Assembly: GCA_002304995.1 (NCBI GenBank)
Contig: DBPV01000004.1
Coordinates: 1,613-65,612 of the forward strand
Origin: Syntrophaceae bacterium UBA1411
GTDB lineage: Bacteria; Desulfobacterota; Syntrophia; Syntrophales; Smithellaceae
DNA: 64,000 nt
Direction: 5' to 3'
Every line of letters starts with the position of its first letter. Position 1 is the first letter of the stretch. Position numbers and translations under genes: made by a program. This document shows positions 62,359 through 64,000 of the stretch, in pieces. The notes under the pieces are model-generated. The model had not been told where the DNA came from, ran no database searches, and saw only the letters and a program-made list of their open reading frames with translations.

Positions 62359-64000
62359 TTAAAATTTATCCTGATCGTCGCCCGTTTCTTCCGGTTCCGG
62401 CTCCGGCGCAAACAGATCGCCGCCCGGCTCCACCGGGTAAAATTCATCCGGCAGCGCCTTGATGATTTTCAGCGGCTTGACCGGAATCAAAGGCGTCTGA
62501 ACCCGCGGCGGGGGAGGCGGCTCCGTGAAAGACAGGGTTTCTTCGAGCATATCGTCCGGCGGCATCGTGATGTCGAAACCGCCCATCGGATTTTTCTTCT
62601 TGCGGTGCCTGGGCCGCCGGCGGCCTCGCTTGCGCGGCGTCTCCGCGGCGGCGGGAATTTCCGCATCGGACCGCACGTCCGGCTCCGGCTCCGGTTCCAT
62701 ATCCGGTTCCGTATCTTCCGCAAGCTGCAGGAGCGGAACATCCTGCATGGCGCTCACCTCGACCGGACGTTCCTTCACCGACTGCTGAATTTCCAGCTTG
62801 TCCCACACCATGTCCGCCCGGCCTTCAATATACAGGGCGACACCGAAAGCGGACTCCAGCTTGAAAAGTTCGGTGCGCTTGTTGTTCAGAATATACTGGG
62901 CGATTTCATGCGGCAGGCTGACCTTGAGCTCCGAGTAGATGCCCTTGACCGCCTCCGATTCAATGGTGCGGAAGGCGCCCAGAGACGCGTATTCCAGGGA
63001 AGGCCGCAGTCCGCTGCCCTTGCAGTAGGGGCAGGTGATGTAGCTGATTTCCTGGATCGTGGACTGTTTTTTCTGGCGGGACAGCTCCAGCAGGCCGAAC
63101 TTGGAAATGCGGGAAAGCTGAATGCGGGACCGGTCCATGCTGAGCGCTTTTTTAAAGGCCTTTTCCACCTCGGCCACATGCTTCTTGTCGATCATGTCGA
63201 TGAAGTCGATGACGATCAGGCCGCCCAAGTCGCGCAGCCGAAGCTGCCTGGCGATTTCCTCGCACGCGTCGAGGTTGGTCTTGAACGCGGTTTCCTCGAT
63301 GTTGCGCTTGTTGGAGCCGCGGCCCGAATTGACATCGATCGTAATCATGGCTTCGGTGGGATTGATGATGATGTAGCCGCCGGATTTGAGCTCCACGCGC
63401 TCCTGATAAATTTCGCGGATCTGCTCCTCCAGTTCAAAGCGGTCGAAAATCGGTATCTTTTCCTTGTACTGCTTCAGGATCCGCAAATGACGGGGAGCGA
63501 CCGCCTTGAGGTAGGCGCGCATTTTGCGGAAGGTCTCGAGGTCGTCCACCAGGATCTCCTCGATTTCCTGCGTGAGGTAGTCGCGCAGCGACCGCACGCC
63601 GAAATCCGTTTCCTGGTAGAGAAAATAAGGCGCTGAAACGCTGTCGGCTTTCTTTTTAATATCTTTCCATAACCGCATCAGGAACTGGTAGTCGCGCTGG
63701 ATTTCCTGCTTGGTGCGGTTGATGCCGGCCGTCCGGACGATGAAGCCCATGTCTTCCGGAACCTTGATCTGCTCCATGAGCGACTTGATTTTCTTCCGGT
63801 CTTCCTCGCTTTCGATCTTGCGGGAAATGCCGCCGCAGAGTTTGTTGGGAAGCAAAACAAGATAGCGGCCGGGCAGCGAAATGTACGAGGTCAGAAGCGC
63901 GCCCTTGTTTCCGGTCACTTCCCGGACCACCTGGACGATGATCTCCTGGCCGGACTTGAGAACCGGCCGTCCGCTGCCGGAGCCGTTTTCCGGTTCTTTA
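62359..64000 (-). CDS. rne: ribonuclease E/G family endoribonuclease (5' end beyond window)
   Basis: The frame stays open to the window edge (..GQEIIVQVVREVTGNKGALLTSYISLPGRYLVLLP..). DNase I-like and RNase H-like subdomains and a CPYCKGSG Zn-link are present. A short Arg-rich/acidic C-terminal tail (EPDMEPEPEPD...RKRGRRRPRHRKKK) follows. Confidence 0.9.
   Translation of the reverse strand, partial: KEPENGSGSGRPVLKSGQEIIVQVVREVTGNKGALLTSYISLPGRYLVLLPNKLCGGISRKIESEEDRKKIKSLMEQIKVPEDMGFIVRTAGINRTKQEIQRDYQFLMRLWKDIKKKADSVSAPYFLYQETDFGVRSLRDYLTQEIEEILVDDLETFRKMRAYLKAVAPRHLRILKQYKEKIPIFDRFELEEQIREIYQERVELKSGGYIIINPTEAMITIDVNSGRGSNKRNIEETAFKTNLDACEEIARQLRLRDLGGLIVIDFIDMIDKKHVAEVEKAFKKALSMDRSRIQLSRISKFGLLELSRQKKQSTIQEISYITCPYCKGSGLRPSLEYASLGAFRTIESEAVKGIYSELKVSLPHEIAQYILNNKRTELFKLESAFGVALYIEGRADMVWDKLEIQQSVKERPVEVSAMQDVPLLQLAEDTEPDMEPEPEPDVRSDAEIPAAAETPRKRGRRRPRHRKKKNPMGGFDITMPPDDMLEETLSFTEPPPPPRVQTPLIPVKPLKIIKALPDEFYPVEPGGDLFAPEPEPEETGDDQDKF

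Overview
This is a high-GC chromosomal segment (GC judged by eye, not computed). Gene content points to an anaerobic, sigma-54-rich Gram-negative organism of the deltaproteobacterial/Desulfobacterota type; that taxonomic call is inference only. I support about 60 protein genes, two tRNA-Ser genes, and several promoters, terminators and leader elements. I saw no rRNA, CRISPR array, transposase, integrase or phage genes.

Housekeeping content:
- proC-yggT-DUF167, murJ, and serS followed by two tRNA-Ser genes
- leuA-leuC-leuD-leuB
- a complete trpEGDCFBA operon
- bioB, htpX, rnk, rmuC, and an RNase E/G gene truncated at the right edge

Accessory content:
- a ZraSR/ZraP-like sigma-54 envelope-stress module
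- an operon of a 4-hydroxybutyryl-CoA-dehydratase-like enzyme, a thiolase and an SDR
- an acyl-CoA ligase following a membrane-HD fusion gene
- a catalytic-subunit-less Tat-FeS/cytochrome b pair
- tctCBA divergent from a MerR, 2x FabK/NMO-like, MaoC operon

Most interesting observations:
1. A five-gene locus at 34.8-40.6 kb combines a serine-palmitoyltransferase-like alpha-oxoamine synthase, an extended-SDR reductase and a stand-alone E2/CAT-fold acyltransferase with a LolA-like periplasmic protein and a DUF1302-like outer-membrane barrel. Its two plus-strand units share an identical 14-nt promoter core. I read it as a candidate, apparently uncharacterised, amino-/sphingo-lipid synthesis plus outer-membrane delivery system. 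A bioB/bioF reading is the main alternative.
2. A textbook-like trp attenuator has a WWWW leader peptide that the ORF track misses, followed by two tandem terminators.
3. A Leu-rich leader ORF plus terminator sits upstream of leuA.

Many long ORFs in the track are antisense shadows of real genes, as expected in high-GC DNA, and were rejected.
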